A stretch of DNA of 64,000 bases from Mobula hypostoma. Its lineage: Eukaryota. Positions 13,873 through 26,700 of the stretch are shown here, piece after piece. The translations under genes were made by a program, and so were the position numbers. Positions within the stretch are counted from its first letter, which is position 1; each line of letters starts with the position of its first letter. Under the pieces are notes generated by a model. That model worked only from the letters and a program-made list of their open reading frames with translations, did no database searches and had not been told where the DNA came from. The stretch covers positions 6,698,001-6,762,000 of the forward strand of contig NC_086109.1 in NCBI RefSeq assembly GCF_963921235.1. The letters run 5' to 3'.

Positions 13873-14165
13873 ATGGTCTCGCTACCATGAGATTCATTTT
13901 CTTGCAGGCATACACAGTAGAATAGAGAAGTAAAATAGAATCAATGAAAAACTACACACAAAGACTTGACAAACAACCAATGTGCAAAAGAAGCAAAACT
14001 TTGCAAATACAAAATTACATAAATACTACTGAAGAGTCCTTCAAAGTGAGCCCATAGGTTCAGTGTTGGGGTGAGTAAAGCTATCAAGGGTTATGGGGTG
14101 AAGGCAGAAGAATGGGACTGAGAGGGAAAATAAATCAGCCGTGATCAGGTGGTGCAGCAGACTCG

Positions 14166-16005
14166 GAGGACAACTAAAAAAGCCTTAAGAAGGGAAAAGA
14201 TGAAATATGAGGACAAACTAGCCAATAATATAAAGCAGGATACTAAAAGTTTTTTCAGTTAGTTTAAGAATAAAAGGAAGGTGAGAGTTGATACTGGACC
14301 ACTAGAAAATGATGCTGGTGAGGTAGTAATGGGGGACAAAGAAATGGGTATTTTGCATGAGTCTTCACTGTGGAAGACACAGTGTGCCAGAGGTCCGTGA
14401 GAGCCATTGCTATTACAAAGGGAAAAGTGCTAGGCAAACTCGAAGGCCTTAAGGTGGATAAGTCACCTGGACCAGACTGACTACATCTCAGAGTACTGAG
14501 GGAGGTTGCTCAAGAGATAACGGATGCATTGGTCATGATCTTTCAAGAATCGCATGATTCTGGCATGGTCCCGGAAGACTTGAAGATTGCAAATGTCACT
14601 CCACTCTTTAAGAAGGGTGGAAGGGAAAAGAAAGAAAATTATAGGCCAGTTAGCCTAACTTCAATGGTTTTGAAAGTGTTGGAGTCTATTATTAAGAATG
14701 AGGTTTTGGGGTACTTGGAGGCTAGTGATAAAATAAGTCAAAGTCAGCATGGTTTCTGTAAAGGGAAATCTTGCCTGACAAATCTGTTAGAGTTCTTCGA
14801 GGAAGTAACAAGCAGTGGACAAAGGAGAAGCAGTGGATGTCATTTACTTGGGTTTTCAGAAGGCCTTTGACAAGGTACCACATATGATGTTGCTTAACAA
14901 GATAAAATCCTATGGCATTGCAGGAAAGATACTGGCATGGATAGAGGAATGGCTGCCAGCCAGGAGGCAGTGAATGGGAATAAAAGGGACATTTTCTGTT
15001 TGGCTGCCATTGGCTAGTGGTGTTCTTCAGGGGTCAGCTACTTTTCACACTGTTTGTCAGTGATTTGGATAATGGAATTGATGGCTTTGTGGCAAAGTTT
15101 ACGGGTGATTCGAAGATAGATGGAGGGGTAGGTAAAGAGCTGAGGAAGCAATGCGATTGCAGCAGGAAGAATGGGCAAGAAAGTGGCAAATGGAATATAG
15201 TGTTGAAAATGTATGATAATGCATTTTGTTAAAAGGAATAATAATGCGGACTATTATCTAAATGGGGAGAAGGTTCAAACATCAGAGTTGCAGAGGGACT
15301 TAGAAGTCCTTGTGCAAAACTCCCAGAAGGTTAATTTACAGGTTGAGTCTGTGATAAAGAAGGCAAATGGAATGTTGGCATTTATTTCAAGGGGAATAGA
15401 ATATAAAAGCAAGGAGATAATGCTTAATCTTTGTAAGACATTAGTCAGGCTGCACTTGGAGTATTGTCAACAGTTTTGGGCCCAATATCTCAGAAAGGAT
15501 GTGTTGTTATTGGAGAGAGTCCAGAGGAGATTCACAAGGATGATTCTGGGAATGAAGGGGTTAACATTTAAGGGGTGTTTGGTAGCCTTCGGCCTGTACT
15601 CACTAGAATTTAGAAGAATGTGGGGGGGCATCTCACTGAAACCTAGCAAATGTTGAAAGGACTAGATAGAGTGGATGTGGAGAGGATGTTTCCTACGGTG
15701 GGGGTATCCAGAACTAGAAGGCACAGTCTCAAAATTGAGGGGAGACCTTTTAGAGCAGAGGTAAGGAGAAATTTATTTAGCCAGAGAGTAATGAATCTGT
15801 GTAATGCTCTGCCACAGACTGCGGTGGAGGCCAAGTCCGTGGAAATATTTAAGGCGGAAGTTGCTAGTTTCCTGATTGGTCAAGGCATCAAAGGATATGG
15901 CGAGAAGGCATATGGGGTTGAGTGGAATCTAGAATCAGCCATGATGGAATGGCAGAGCAGACTCGATGGCTGAATGGCCTAATTCTGCTCTTATGTCTTA
16001 TAGTC
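14166..16005 (+). mobile_element. CR1 LINE, 5'-truncated, degraded ORF2
   Basis: [49 protein letters not shown]; tcttatg tail. Confidence 0.92.
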
Positions 16006-16348
16006 TTACATGGATGTGAATGTAGGAACTACGAAAAGTCATTGGTTCAGGCATTCTTAAATGTTTTTTATGACAGAGTTACTGTCCTGTGTAAAGTTAA
16101 CCCTCTGATGGGTAACTGCTTCTCTCTCCACAGATATCACTTACACTACTGAATATTTCTTTCATTTTCTCTTTTATTTGGTCGGCTGAGTTAGAGAGCT
16201 ACGTCAAAAGAAGTAGTGTATCACAAATTCTGTCATTGTTTTCTGGGTTGCATCTTGAATGATTAATATGTCTTTAAGTTTTACATTTCCATTTTTTCAT
16301 CACATTTGTGCAATCTCGAGGGTTTGTGTAGATACATCTATTTATTTA

Positions 16349-17220
16349 TAAGACCATAAGACATAGGAGCAGAATTAGGCCATTCGACCCATTGAGTCTG
16401 CTCCGCCATTCAATCATGGCTGATCTTCTTATTCCCCTCCTCAGCCCCACTCCCCGGCCTTCTCCCCATAACCTTTGATGTCATGCCCAATGAAGAACCT
16501 ATCAATCTCCGCCTTAAGTACACCAACAACCTGGCCTCCACAGCTGTGGTAAGAAATTCCACACATTCACCACCCTTTGGCTAAAGAAATTTCTCTACAC
16601 CTCTGTTTTAAATTGATGCCCCTCTATCCTGAGGCTGTGCCCTCTTGTCCTAGACTCCCTCACCATGGGAAACATTGTTTCCAAATCTACTCTGTTTAGG
16701 CCTTCCGACATTTGAAAGATTTCAATGAGATCCCATCTCATCCTTCTAAATTCTAGTGAGTACAGTTAAATGTTTCTCGTATGATAACCTTTTCATTCCT
16801 GGAATCAACCTTGTGAGCCTCTTCTGAACCCTCTCCAATGCCAACACATCTTAGATAAGGAGCCCAAACCTCTTCACAGTACTCAAAGTGAGGCCTCACC
16901 AGTGCTTTATAAAGCCTCAGCACCACATTCCTGCTCTGATATTCCAGACCTCTTGAAATGAATGCTAACATTGTATTTTGCCTTCTCACCACCGACTCTA
17001 CTGGCAAGTTAACCTTTAGGATGTTCTGCACAAGGACTCTCAAGTCCCTTTGCATCTCAGATTTTTGGATTTTCTCCCCATTTAGAAAATAGTCTGCATA
17101 TTAATTTCTTCTGCCAAAGTGCATGACCATGCATTTTCCAGCATTGTATTTTATTTGCCATTTTCTTGCCCATTCTCCAAATCTGCTTAAGTCCTTCTGC
17201 AGCCTTCATGTTTCCTCACA
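16349..17220 (-). mobile_element. CR1 LINE 3' fragment
   Basis: MLAFISRGLEY...[13 protein letters not shown]; ataagacc tail. Confidence 0.88.
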
Positions 17221-17343
17221 CTTCATAGTGGTGAGGTTGGGGAGAGGATTCTAAGATTTAGAAGAGTGATATAGGAACAATGACGAGAGACTTTGATGTT
17301 AGACTGCAGGGGAACCAGATGACGCTTGTGTTCCTTCCACATA

Positions 17344-17734
17344 CAGTACTGTGGAAAAGTCTTAAGTACCCTAGATATTTTATGTGGTTTCAGGTGGTTT
17401 GGTCTCCAAAGAACCCTGATCTCAACAACATCAAGGCAGTCTACAAATACCTGTAGAGACAGCAACAAGCAAGGAAACCAAAGTCTGCAGAAGAACTGTG
17501 GCAAGTTCTCCAAGATAATTTTCTTACAAGACTGCACAACAGTACCTAGAAGAATTGATGCAGTTTTAAATGCAAAGGGTGGTCATACCAAATTTTGATT
17601 TGATTTATTTTTTTATTGTAAACTCTTCATAGTAAATTTTCCGATATTTAGAAACTGTTCATTTCATTATTTTTGAAAGTATATTTGCTTCACAGAATTT
17701 TTTTGCATGTGCCTAAGACTTTTGCCCAGTACTG
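17344..17734 (+). mobile_element. Tc1-like non-autonomous element
   Basis: TIR cagtactgtggaaaagtctta / taagacttttgcccagtactg; C-terminal remnant PRRIDAVLNAKGGHTKF. Confidence 0.85.
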
Positions 17735-19369
17735 TCCTGCTTTTCCTATTTAGTAGTAAATGGGTTTAAGAGCTGCTGTCGGAGAAGCCTGGTAAAAGAC
17801 TGAAGTGCTTTTTCGCCACTGTATACACTACAGTGGAGGGAGTAATGGTTTTATAATGCTATTATTATCCTCTGTTTAAAATTACACTGAAGACTACTGT
17901 CTCCGCCAGACCCAACATCCATAACACAGATGCACTTGATCTCTTCAAGTCCCAGACCAGATTTAAAAGGCTATGTCTTGTATTAATATTGAAAAATTTA
18001 GAATAAATTTTGTTTTGTTCATGAATAAACACTATACAAAGTGCCACTTAGTAATATAAGACACTTAGGTCTCAAGAGCTCTGAGAGGGAAGATGATTTG
18101 AATTTAGCTACTGAAAAGAGATTAAAGATAAAGGTTAATCTTAAAGATTAGGTTTCTTTGTCATATGTGCATCGAAACATCTAGTGAAATTGTTTTTGAT
18201 GTCGTAATGTTGGTTTTTGTGTCAGTAACCAACACAGTCTTGAGAATGTGCTGGGGGTAGCCCGAAAGTATCACCATGCTTCTGGCGCCAACCCAATTTA
18301 CTAGTCGTAATCTGTACGGTTTTGGACTGTGGGAGGGAACCAGAGCACCTGGAGGAAACCCACACAGCTGTGGGGTGAATGTCCGAACTCCTTAGAGACA
18401 TTGGGAATTGAAAGTGGGTCACTAGCAGTGTAAAGCGATTGTGCTAACATTATGCTACGGTGCCGCCCAAGTCACACTGAACTCCGTACATCCATTAATC
18501 CTACAAGTATGTAAAATGCATAATTTGCTTTTTACCATTTAAAACAAGGGTCAAATTTCTGAAATTGGACTTTGCTTCATGTTTGGCTAAGGTGATATGT
18601 GGATATTGTTAAAGGGTGGTTGTATATTAGCTAAGTGATCTATCAGTTTGAATCATCTTTTAATAAAGTTATAGGTCTCAACAAAATGATAGTGTGGAAA
18701 ATATCGTGTTTTTACTAGTTGCTTCTGTCTCCTTGGCAGCAGGTATCTATTTAAAAAAAAATGTCTTGTTTGAAAAGTAAATCTGCCCGTACCTCCCAAA
18801 AAAAAGGTAAAAAGCACAATGTCACTCCGTTGTCATTATGTGTCATGTTGTATAATGTGTCATGGTAGAGACATAACTCCACCCTGCCACCCATAATATT
18901 ATTAGTGAAATTAAAATAAAACTTCAGATCTAGTAATTGAAGCAAAAACTGCCGAAGCGATAAGCACCAGCCGGTTACGCAGCATCAGGAGTGAGAGGAA
19001 ATAAACAGTCAACATTTCCCTTCAGGGACTCTTCATCAGAACTATAAACTGTGACACACCACAAAATGCTGGAGCAACTCAGCAGGTCAGGTAGAATCTA
19101 TGGAGGGGAATAAACCGTTGACATTTCAGGCCGGGACCTTCATCAGGATTGGAAAGGAAGAGGGGAGATAGTCAGAATAAGAAGGTAGGGGAGGGTATGT
19201 AATACAAGCTGATAGGTGACACATGAATTCAGGTGAGGGGGAAGGTAGATGAGAAAACTAACATGCAGAGTGGCAGGTGTGGAGACAACAGACCAATTGG
19301 TTAATACCTTATTATAGGGTCCCTCTGTTTCCTTTCCTCTGTTTGCAGCAGAGAGCTCTTAACTCTGAT

Positions 19370-19890
19370 CTGCTGCCCACGTGATTATGAAGAAGACACA
19401 CCAGAGGCTATACCTCATTAGGTTTTTGAGGAGATTTGGTTTGTCAACAAGGGCTAGCAAATTTCTGCAGATGTACGGTAGCGAGCGTTCTGGCTGCTTG
19501 CATTACTATCTGATACCAATACACAGGATCAGGCAAAATAAAAAAAGCTGTGGAGGGTTGTAGACTCAGCCAACTCAATTATGGGCTCTAGCCTCCTCAC
19601 CATTGAGGACACCTTCAAAAGCCAGTGCCTCAAGATGTCGGCGTCTGTCACTAACAGGGCTTCCCAACCATGGACCTCTACCATTAACCAAGAGGTCCGT
19701 GGATGCCAGGTTGGGAAACCTTGATTGTTAAGGTTCAGGACAGACTCCCTTCATTGCTGCCACTGGGGAGGAAGTACGGCAGCATCAAGACAGACACTCG
19801 ACAATTTAGAATCAGTTTCTTCCTCTCCACCATCAGATTCCTAAATGGTAAATAAACACCATCTCATTATTCCTATTTTCTCCACTATTT
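19370..19890 (+). mobile_element. L2-like LINE 3' fragment with a small hAT-type MITE inside (19655-19722)
   Basis: KKTHQRLYLIRFLRRFGLS motif; cagggcttcccaacc / ggttgggaaaccttg TIRs. Confidence 0.7.
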
Positions 19891-20155
19891 ATTTAGTTTG
19901 TAATTTGTAGTATATTTTTTAGTAATTTTAAAATCTGCACAGTTGGTGATGATAATTCTGATTTTGAAGATCCAGACGTGCGATGACAGAAAGGACGTGC
20001 AAACTCTACACACAGACAGCACCAGTGATCAGTAACGAACCTGGGTCTCTGGAGGTGTGAAACGGCGACCCTACCTGTATGTCTAAATATCACAAGACCC
20101 ATTCTGTTTTGTGTTCGTGCACAATGTTATTGCCACCCAGTTTGTTAAATTGATT

Positions 20156-20161
20156 TTTATT
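20156..20161 (-). promoter_or_regulatory. Putative polyadenylation signal of the chitinase gene
   Basis: AATAAA on minus strand about 24 nt after the stop codon. Confidence 0.65.
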
Positions 20162-20184
20162 GCTGTTTCTACATAAACGTAGAG

Positions 20185-20726
20185 TTAGCATTTACAGAGG
20201 TCATTGTAGACACTTCCCTTAGGGCAATTCCCGATGTTGGTATTCTTTTTGGAACAGTGGTAGTATTTGCTAGGTCTGCCAGGAATAGGATAGGTACCAT
20301 CTTCACTGTTACTGCAGAACTCCACATCATAGTCACTGAATATATTCGCACTCACGCATTTTCTTCTGACTGCATCATAGAGCAAATTGGAGGAACAGTG
20401 CTTTATTTGTGTTTGTTCCGCCTTGCATTTGTAGTAGATGGGGACAGGGATTGCGTAAGAACCATTAGGTTTGCCCTCGCAAAAGCTGCTGGCTGCCAAA
20501 TGAATTGCGGGAAACAGCCTGGGTGGCCAGACACACTTGCCACCAATGCTGCTGTAGGAAGTTCCTCTGGGGCAGTTCTTAACCTGTGTGTCACTGTCAG
20601 TACACCGATAGAAGCTCTCTGGCGCACACTCAACTTCATAGTCACCGTTCTCTTTGCCTTCGCAAAATTCTAGGTTAGGGCACGTGGACTGTGAATCTGG
20701 TGGTGTGGAGGTGGGCAGTGGTGTGG
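20185..20726 (-). CDS. CHIA: Chitinase exon 11: T/P linker plus three tandem CBM14 (peritrophin-A type) chitin-binding modules
   Basis: ttcttctttcag acceptor, phase 1 matches exon 10; three FC..K/S..G.Y...(F/Y)Y.C...C..(G/N)..Y...KC repeats; TAA stop. Confidence 0.92.
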
Positions 20727-23700
20727 CTGAAAGAAGAAACAATGACGTGATTAACTCTACACTGTTCTCTTTGTTCCTCACAACAACAAAAAATTAATTC
20801 AATTTCTCCTTAATAAGTACTTCCTAAATGTTGCTGCCCTAGAGTTTTTCCTGCAGTTGTTCTCTCATCAGTATTAGGCTGAGCTGGCCTTAGTTTCCTC
20901 TCTCACTTGTTAAAATAACAGCACCATTTTAGAATTTCCAGTTTCCTGATAGTGTGCCCTTGGTTAACTTGAAGTCTAAGAAGAACTGGAAAATGGTCAG
21001 AGCTTCCACCAATTACTTCCCTGACTTTTCCCAACAGATTCCATATGTTTTATGCGGAAAGCACAGCAAAATTGTAGTTGTAGTATATCTGAAATAAAAA
21101 CAAAATGCTGAAGATACTCAGCAAGCCTCTTGTGGTAAGAGAAGTAGTTAACATCTTGGGTTGATTTTTTTAATCAGGAGCGAGAAAAGCTAGAATTCAG
21201 ACATGTTTGAAGTTGCAGAGAGTAGGGAGGAGTGGAGAGGGAATGACTGGGTGCAGTCCAGAGGGGTGTGAATAAGGGGTGGTGGGAGTGGCCGAGAGGG
21301 ACGATGAAGGCTGCTTAATCACAGGTGAACCATCGTAAGAGACAGGTGAAACCAGTATTCTTCCCCTATCTCCCGTACCCCTTTCAGGATTTTGAAGGGT
21401 GACTCCCTGGCCACTCATCCATTCCCACCAAACAATTCCTATCATACAGCTCCTTCCAACGCAACACTTAGAACATTGAACAATATAGGACAGGGCAGGC
21501 CCTTTGGTCCACGATGTTGTGCTGAGCTTTTAACCTACTCCCAGATCAGTCTAATCTTTCTCGCCCAGGTAGTACTCAATTCTTGTATCTTGTCCTTTCA
21601 CTTTTTCCCTGTCCCATCATTCAGGGACTTAAGCAAGTGAAGCAGTGTGTCACTTGCATTAAATTCCATCTGCTATTTTTCAACCCATTTTTCCAGGATA
21701 TTTGCTTCGATGACATGCAAGTGACACACTGCTTCACTTGCATGTCATCCAAGCAAATATCCTAGAAAAATGGGTTGAAAAATAGCAGATGGAATTTAAT
21801 GCAGACGAGAGTGAGGTGCTGCACTTTTCGGAGGACAAACTAGGGTAGGACGTGGTGAGTGGAGGGGAACTGAGGAGTGCAGAAGAACAAAAGGGTCTTG
21901 GAATACAGGTCCATAATTCCTTGAAAGTGTTGCCACAGGTAGACAGGGTTGTAAAGAAACCTTTTGGCACATTGGCCTTCATAAATCAGTGTAGAGTACA
22001 GGAGTTGGATGTTATGTTGAAGTTGTGTAAGATGTCGGTGGACTATATATGGAGTATTGTGTGCAGAAAATTTACAGGTTGTTACCAGGACTGGAGGACC
22101 TGAGTTATTGGGAAAGGTTGAATTGGTTAGGGTTTTACCTCCTAGAATGCGGGGAGTTTTACTGGAGGTATAAAAAAAATTGAGGGGTATAGATAGGGTT
22201 AATGCAAGCAGGTCATTTTTTTTTCCACTGAGGTGTGAGACTACAACAAGAAGTTGTATGTTAAGGGTGAAAGGTGAAATATTGAAGAGAAAGCTGAGGG
22301 GTAGCTACTTCATTCAGCAGGTAGTGAGAGTGTGGAAAGAGCTGCCCGCGGACATGGTGGATGCAGGTTCAATTTCAACACTGAACAGAAGTTAGGATAA
22401 GTATGTGGATGGGAGGGGCATGGAAGGCTATGCTTCATGTCAGAATCAATGGACTAGGCAGTATAACGGATTGGCATGGACAAAGGGCCTATTTCTGTGC
22501 TGAAGTGCTCTATGACTCTGTGACTATTCAGAGTTCAGTGTGGTCTCCTTGACAATGGAGAAACCCTACACAGATTGGGTGATTGTTCTGTAGAACTCCT
22601 ACCCCTCATCCTCAGGACTGACCCTGAGCTCTGTGTTCTCCTTGACTACAACTCCCCCTTGGTGGCTTCATGTGTGTTACAAGGAGGACCAGGACTCATC
22701 CATCTGGGCACCTAGTAGCCTTCCAGATTTAACAGTGAATTCTCCAATTTGGGACCTCTTTCTCCTGTTGAAGAACTGGTCATTTCTTCCTGCCCTCATT
22801 TTGGCTCAGTTTTTTTCTTTCTATTTGTACACACTGATCTGCTGGCTATATACACCTCATATACCATCTGGGTAGTCTCCAGCTCCTTGGCATGAACATT
22901 GAATTCTCCAACTTCCAGTAATTCCCTCCCTCTCCCTTCCCCCATCCCAGTTTCACTCTGCCCCCTCCCCCAGCTGCCTATCACCTCCCTCATGGTTCCG
23001 CCTCCTTCTACTACCCATTGTGCTTTCCCCTATTCCTTCTTCACCTTTCCTGCCTATCCCCTCCCTCACCCCTTGATTTTTCCCCTTACTGGTTTTTCAC
23101 CTGGCACCTACCAGCCTTCTTCCCACCCTCCCCCCATCTTCTTTATGGGGCCCCTGCCCCCTCCCTCTTCAGTCCTGACGAAGAGTCTCGGCCCAAAATG
23201 TTGACTGTTCATTTCCATGGATGCTGCCCGACCTGCTGAGTTCCTCCAGCATTTGTGCGTGTTGATCTGCTGGCTATGCCTCACAGCCTTGTTATTAACA
23301 ATACATTCCACAGACCAGAAAGGAAAGAGTGCTTTGAGCTGCTACATTGACTCATTTGATCTCTGAAACTTACTCATCCCCTTCAGCTTCTCTCCTACTG
23401 TTTTAAAATATGTCTCTGATGAAGGGTCTCAGCCTGAAACGTCGACTGTTTATTCCTCTCCATAGATGCTACCTGATCTGATGAGTTCCTCCAGCATTTT
23501 ATCTTTGGTTCTCTACATTTTCAGCATCTGCACAATCTCTTATGTTAATAAAACGCTGGTTCTCTTTCCACAGATACTGTCTGACCTGCTGAGTGTATCC
23601 TGCATTTTTGGTTCTTATTTCAGATTTTCATCATGTACAGGTTTTAGGTTTTTAATCTGATGTCTCCTGTGATATAGGGTCTTGCACTGACCCAAATATG

Positions 23701-26700
23701 AAATTTTGATTTTATTAAAGATATAATATTTTAAAATTACATATCATGAAAGCTTTTGGAAGTAGCGTGATTACAGTGACATAATTAATGCTTAAATATT
23801 TGATACAGAAATATAAATATCTTGTTTTGGAAAGCTATTTTAAATGTAATTTAATTACCTGGCAAGGTTTCCTCAGATTCAGAATCCGAGAAAAGCTTAG
23901 CCCTCAGTTTATTAATCAGGGGGTATTTTCCTTGGTTGCAGGAAGTACCTTCGTAATCATCCAGATCGATTGTCCAAACCATCGCACCTCCAAAGCTATT
24001 ATTTTTCAACCATTCTACCTGAATGAAGAGAATTTTAAAAATCTTTTAAACCCCCTGATGTAGATTGTTTCATGTTAATATTTGGGTGCCTGTTCACAAA
24101 AGGGGCACAAATTAGGGAAGCCGATACCGCAACGCTAGTACGGCTTGAGGTGTCAGAGTAGGACTATGGTGCGGTCTATAAGGAATTTGTACGTTCTTCC
24201 CGTGACCACGGTAGTTTTCTCCGGGTGCTTCAGTTTCCTCCCACAGTCCAAAGGCACACGGGTAAGCAGGTTAATTAGTCATTGTAGCTTGTTCTGTGAC
24301 TAGACTAGGGTTAAATAGGTGGGCTGCAGGGCGGCGTGGCTCATTGGGTTGGAAGAGCCTATTCCGCACTGTATCTCTAAATAAATAAGTAAACATTTCC
24401 TGAACCATAGGAGACTGAGAGGTGACTTGATAGAGATATACAAAATTATCAGGGGCATAGACTGGGTGAAAGAACATATATCACCATATAACAATTACAG
24501 CATGGAAACAGGCCATCTCGGCCCTTCTAGTCCGTGCCGAACTCTTACTCTCACCTAGTCCCACCAACCTGCACTCGGTCCATAACCCTCCATTCCTTTC
24601 CTGTCCATATATCTATCCAATTTAACTTTAAACAACAACATCGAACCTGCCTCAACCACTTCTGCTGGAAGCTCGTTCCACACAGCTACCACTCTCCGAG
24701 TAAAGAAGTTCCCCCTCATGTTACCCCTAAACTTTTGCCCTTTAACTCTCAACTCATGTCCTCTTGTTTGAATCTCCCCCATTCTCAATGGAAAAAGCCT
24801 ATCCACGTCAACTCTATCAATCCCCCTCATAATTATAAACACCTCTATCAAGTCCCCCCTCAACCTTCTACCCAAAGAATAAAGACCTAACTTGTTCAAC
24901 CTTTCTCTGTAACTTAGGAGATGAAACCCAGAGAACATTTTAGTAAATATATAAAATGTATAACATCGTCTTTTTCTCAAGGAAAGAGTGCTAAAAATGA
25001 GAGGTCATAGGTTTAAAATCAGAGGTGAGAGATTTAAAAGGGGCAGGTTCTACACATAAAGGGATTAGAATGAAGTGTCGCAAATAGTGGTTGAAGAGGG
25101 CCATGTTAAGAAAATTTAAGAGCCATCTAGCTAAATTTGTAGAGACTATAGGCTAAATGCAGGCAAATGGGACCAGCATGCTCAGCTGCACGCTGGTCCC
25201 ATTTGCCTGCATTTAGCCTATAGTCTCTACAAATTTAGCTAGATGGCTCTTAAATTTTCTTAACATGTCCTCAGCATGGACAAGTTGGGATGAAGGATCT
25301 GTTCCCTTGCAATACGAGTCTGTGGCTCTAAATGTGTATGAACCAGTGTTCCCTTTAATACTTTTTACAGCTGTGCCGAGCAGGAAACTTCTACATGACC
25401 TGAAAATAGCACAGCACTTTAAATGTTTTTTGTGATATGCATCCTATGAATATTTAGAATGAAAATTTTAAATCACATACTTCTGGTTTTATTTATTATT
25501 TGAAGGTTGTTATGAAATACAACAAAGTAAATCTTGCACGTTTCTTAAACTTTTTCCAGCTGCGTCCAATTCCAACTGCGTGGCAACAAAGGCTATGTGC
25601 GCGGGAGCAGTTCAGTTACTGTGCGAATGCACAGCTTAGAGAGAGCGGTGGTATGGACACCCCGTGTACTGAATGAATCAGTTACAGTATCCCCACAATA
25701 ACATACCCTGCTCACACTTGATGCAGAGCTTCACATATCATCAAAGGTAATTTGTATAATAAGGGGATCTGTGGCTTGTATTAGAAGATAGAGAACTCAG
25801 TGGGTGGACCCAAAAACTTGCAAAATAATATACAGTATTTTTATTTATTTTCAGTTACTGCAGAGATTAAAAAAAATCTTTAATAAAAACTCATTAAATA
25901 CAAATGTCAAGGGAGTACAGGATAAATTCAGTGGCCTAAAATTAAGTCAGATTAAAATTATAGTTCTATTAACGCACATCTGTTATCAAATAACAGCTTG
26001 TGTTATTCGGCTGAACGTTGTGGACACGCTATGTTGGTGCCAGAATGTGTGGCGACAATTGCGAGCTCCTCCCCCCAGCATATCCTTGGGTGTGTTGGTT
26101 GTTAATGCAAATGATGCATTTCACTGCATGCTTCGGTGGACATGTGGTAAATAGACTTGAACCTCCAGCTGAATATGGTCTTGCAGTTACAGAGGAAGTG
26201 CAGTGCAGGGAGCCAAACAACGTGCAAAGGCCATGGCAAGGCAGATTTGGAGATCAGAGTTCAGGAGTCGGCATGGATGAACAGGGCCAAAAGGCCTGTC
26301 CCTACACTGTATGACCTTAAACGTGTATGAACATAGAACATAGAACATAGAATAGTACAGCACAGTACAGGCCCTTTGGCCCACAATGTTGTGCCGACCC
26401 TCAAACCCTGCCTCCCATATAAGTCCCCACCTTAGATTCCTCCATATACCTGTCTAGTAGTCTCTTAAATTTCACTAGTGTATCTGCCTCCACCACTGAC
26501 TCAGGCAGTGCATTCCATGCACCAACTGCTCTCTGAGTAAAAAACCTTCCTCTAATATCCCCCTTGAACTTCCCACCCCTTACCTTAAAGCCATGTCCTC
26601 TTGTATTGAGCAGTGGTGCCCTGGGGAAGAGGCGCTGGCTATCCACTCTATCTATTCCTCTTAATATCTTGTACACCTCTATCATGTCTCCTCTCATCCT

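Noticed and set aside
20727..20781. N-terminal extension of the 198-aa ORF as a standalone peritrophin-like gene
   Set aside because: Non-ATG start, no signal peptide, and a clear acceptor at 20727 in phase with exon 10
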